The notes under the pieces were generated by a model. That model saw only the letters and a program-made list of their open reading frames with translations, was not told where the DNA came from and did no database searches. Positions 61,410 through 61,686 of a DNA stretch of 61,686 nt are shown in pieces. Position 1 is the first letter of the stretch, and every line of letters starts with the position of its first letter. A program made the position numbers and the translations under genes. The DNA lies in the NCBI GenBank assembly GCA_030018905.1, contig JASEHJ010000001.1, forward strand, positions 1 through 61,686. The letters run 5' to 3'. The DNA is from a bacterium. GTDB taxonomy: Bacteria; Sysuimicrobiota; Sysuimicrobiia; Sysuimicrobiales; Humicultoraceae.

Positions 61410-61686
61410 TCGATGCGATCGAGAGCGTGCGTGATGACTGCTTGCTCCGGCAAGACCGGAGGAAATCTGAGTGTCTGTCCCTGGCTGAGACGAACGAACT
61501 CTGCTGGAAGCATGAAGAGGCGAGGGCGTAATGTGCCCAAGGTCATCGCATGGCACTCTCTCGGGAGGCAGAGACGCTTGTACCAGTTGACCAGATTGTA
61601 GGCAAAGAGCAACAGATGAAAGTAGGCTTCGTTGGCGGCAAACTGACCGGTGGGGATCTTGGCGAGGGGGTAGTCGGCTTTCAGCT
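61380..61686 (-). mobile_element. Insertion sequence end (partial)
   Basis: Transposase fragment plus a visible drop in GC content starting near 61380. The exact terminal inverted repeat cannot be defined without the other end. Confidence 0.55.
61394..61686 (-). CDS. DDE transposase, IS1380/IS4-like, C-terminal fragment (continues beyond the window)
   Basis: The frame is open to the window edge: LKADYPLAKIPTGQFAANEAYFHLLLFAYNLVNWYKRL... The F.AN...(L)LAYNL.NW motif is typical of these transposases. Stop at 61394-61396. Confidence 0.75.
   Translation of the reverse strand, partial: LKADYPLAKIPTGQFAANEAYFHLLLFAYNLVNWYKRLCLPRECHAMTLGTLRPRLFMLPAEFVRLSQGQTLRFPPVLPEQAVITHALDRIDQLRI

Noticed and set aside
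61413-61601. A 62-aa + strand ORF after the LarA-like gene
   Set aside because: It lies antisense to the transposase C-terminal coding region and has no recognisable features.

Overview
This is a visibly GC-rich bacterial chromosomal segment (GC not computed). All family calls come from motif recognition in the supplied translations; no searches were run.

The backbone is the classic Bacillota-type core synteny on the + strand: rpsA, tRNA-Pro, smc-ftsY-ylxM-ffh-rpsP-KH-ylqD-rimM-trmD-rplS-lepB-rnhB-yraN, then comM-dprA-topA-xerC, then rpsB-tsf-pyrH-frr-uppS-cdsA-dxr-rseP-ispG-rhomboid. This suggests a high-GC Bacillota-like lineage (Limnochordia, Symbiobacterium or Thermaerobacter-like is a guess).

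Non-backbone blocks inserted into it:
- A Tat-signal matrixin-like metalloprotease.
- A 10-gene minus-strand heme operon (HTH regulator-hemC-hemD-hemB-hemA-hemL-radical SAM/SPASM-hemE-hemH-hemY). The genes are tightly coupled, and a radical-SAM gene sits where hemQ/chdC would be expected.
- A divergent TAXI-TRAP transporter.
- A minus-strand GT2/oxidoreductase/AlkP-like sugar-modification island between xerC and rpsB.
- An archaeal-type SAM synthetase.
- An approximately 11.7-kb operon behind one strong promoter: FmdB zinc ribbon, GldG/GldF-like pair without an ATPase, DUF4175-like protein, MoxR, DUF58, a 1479-aa triple-VWA fusion and a LarA-like enzyme. An IS1380/IS4-like transposase fragment abuts its end at the window edge.

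The most unusual items are that MoxR/VWA/LarA-like operon, a YlxM-methyltransferase gene fusion directly upstream of ffh, and the regulator plus AhbD-like radical SAM gene in the heme operon.

No CRISPR array, rRNA gene or recognisable defence system was seen. Many long antisense ORFs in the track are GC-driven artefacts. Start codons were re-picked where the track Met overlaps an upstream gene; stop coordinates are firm, starts less so.
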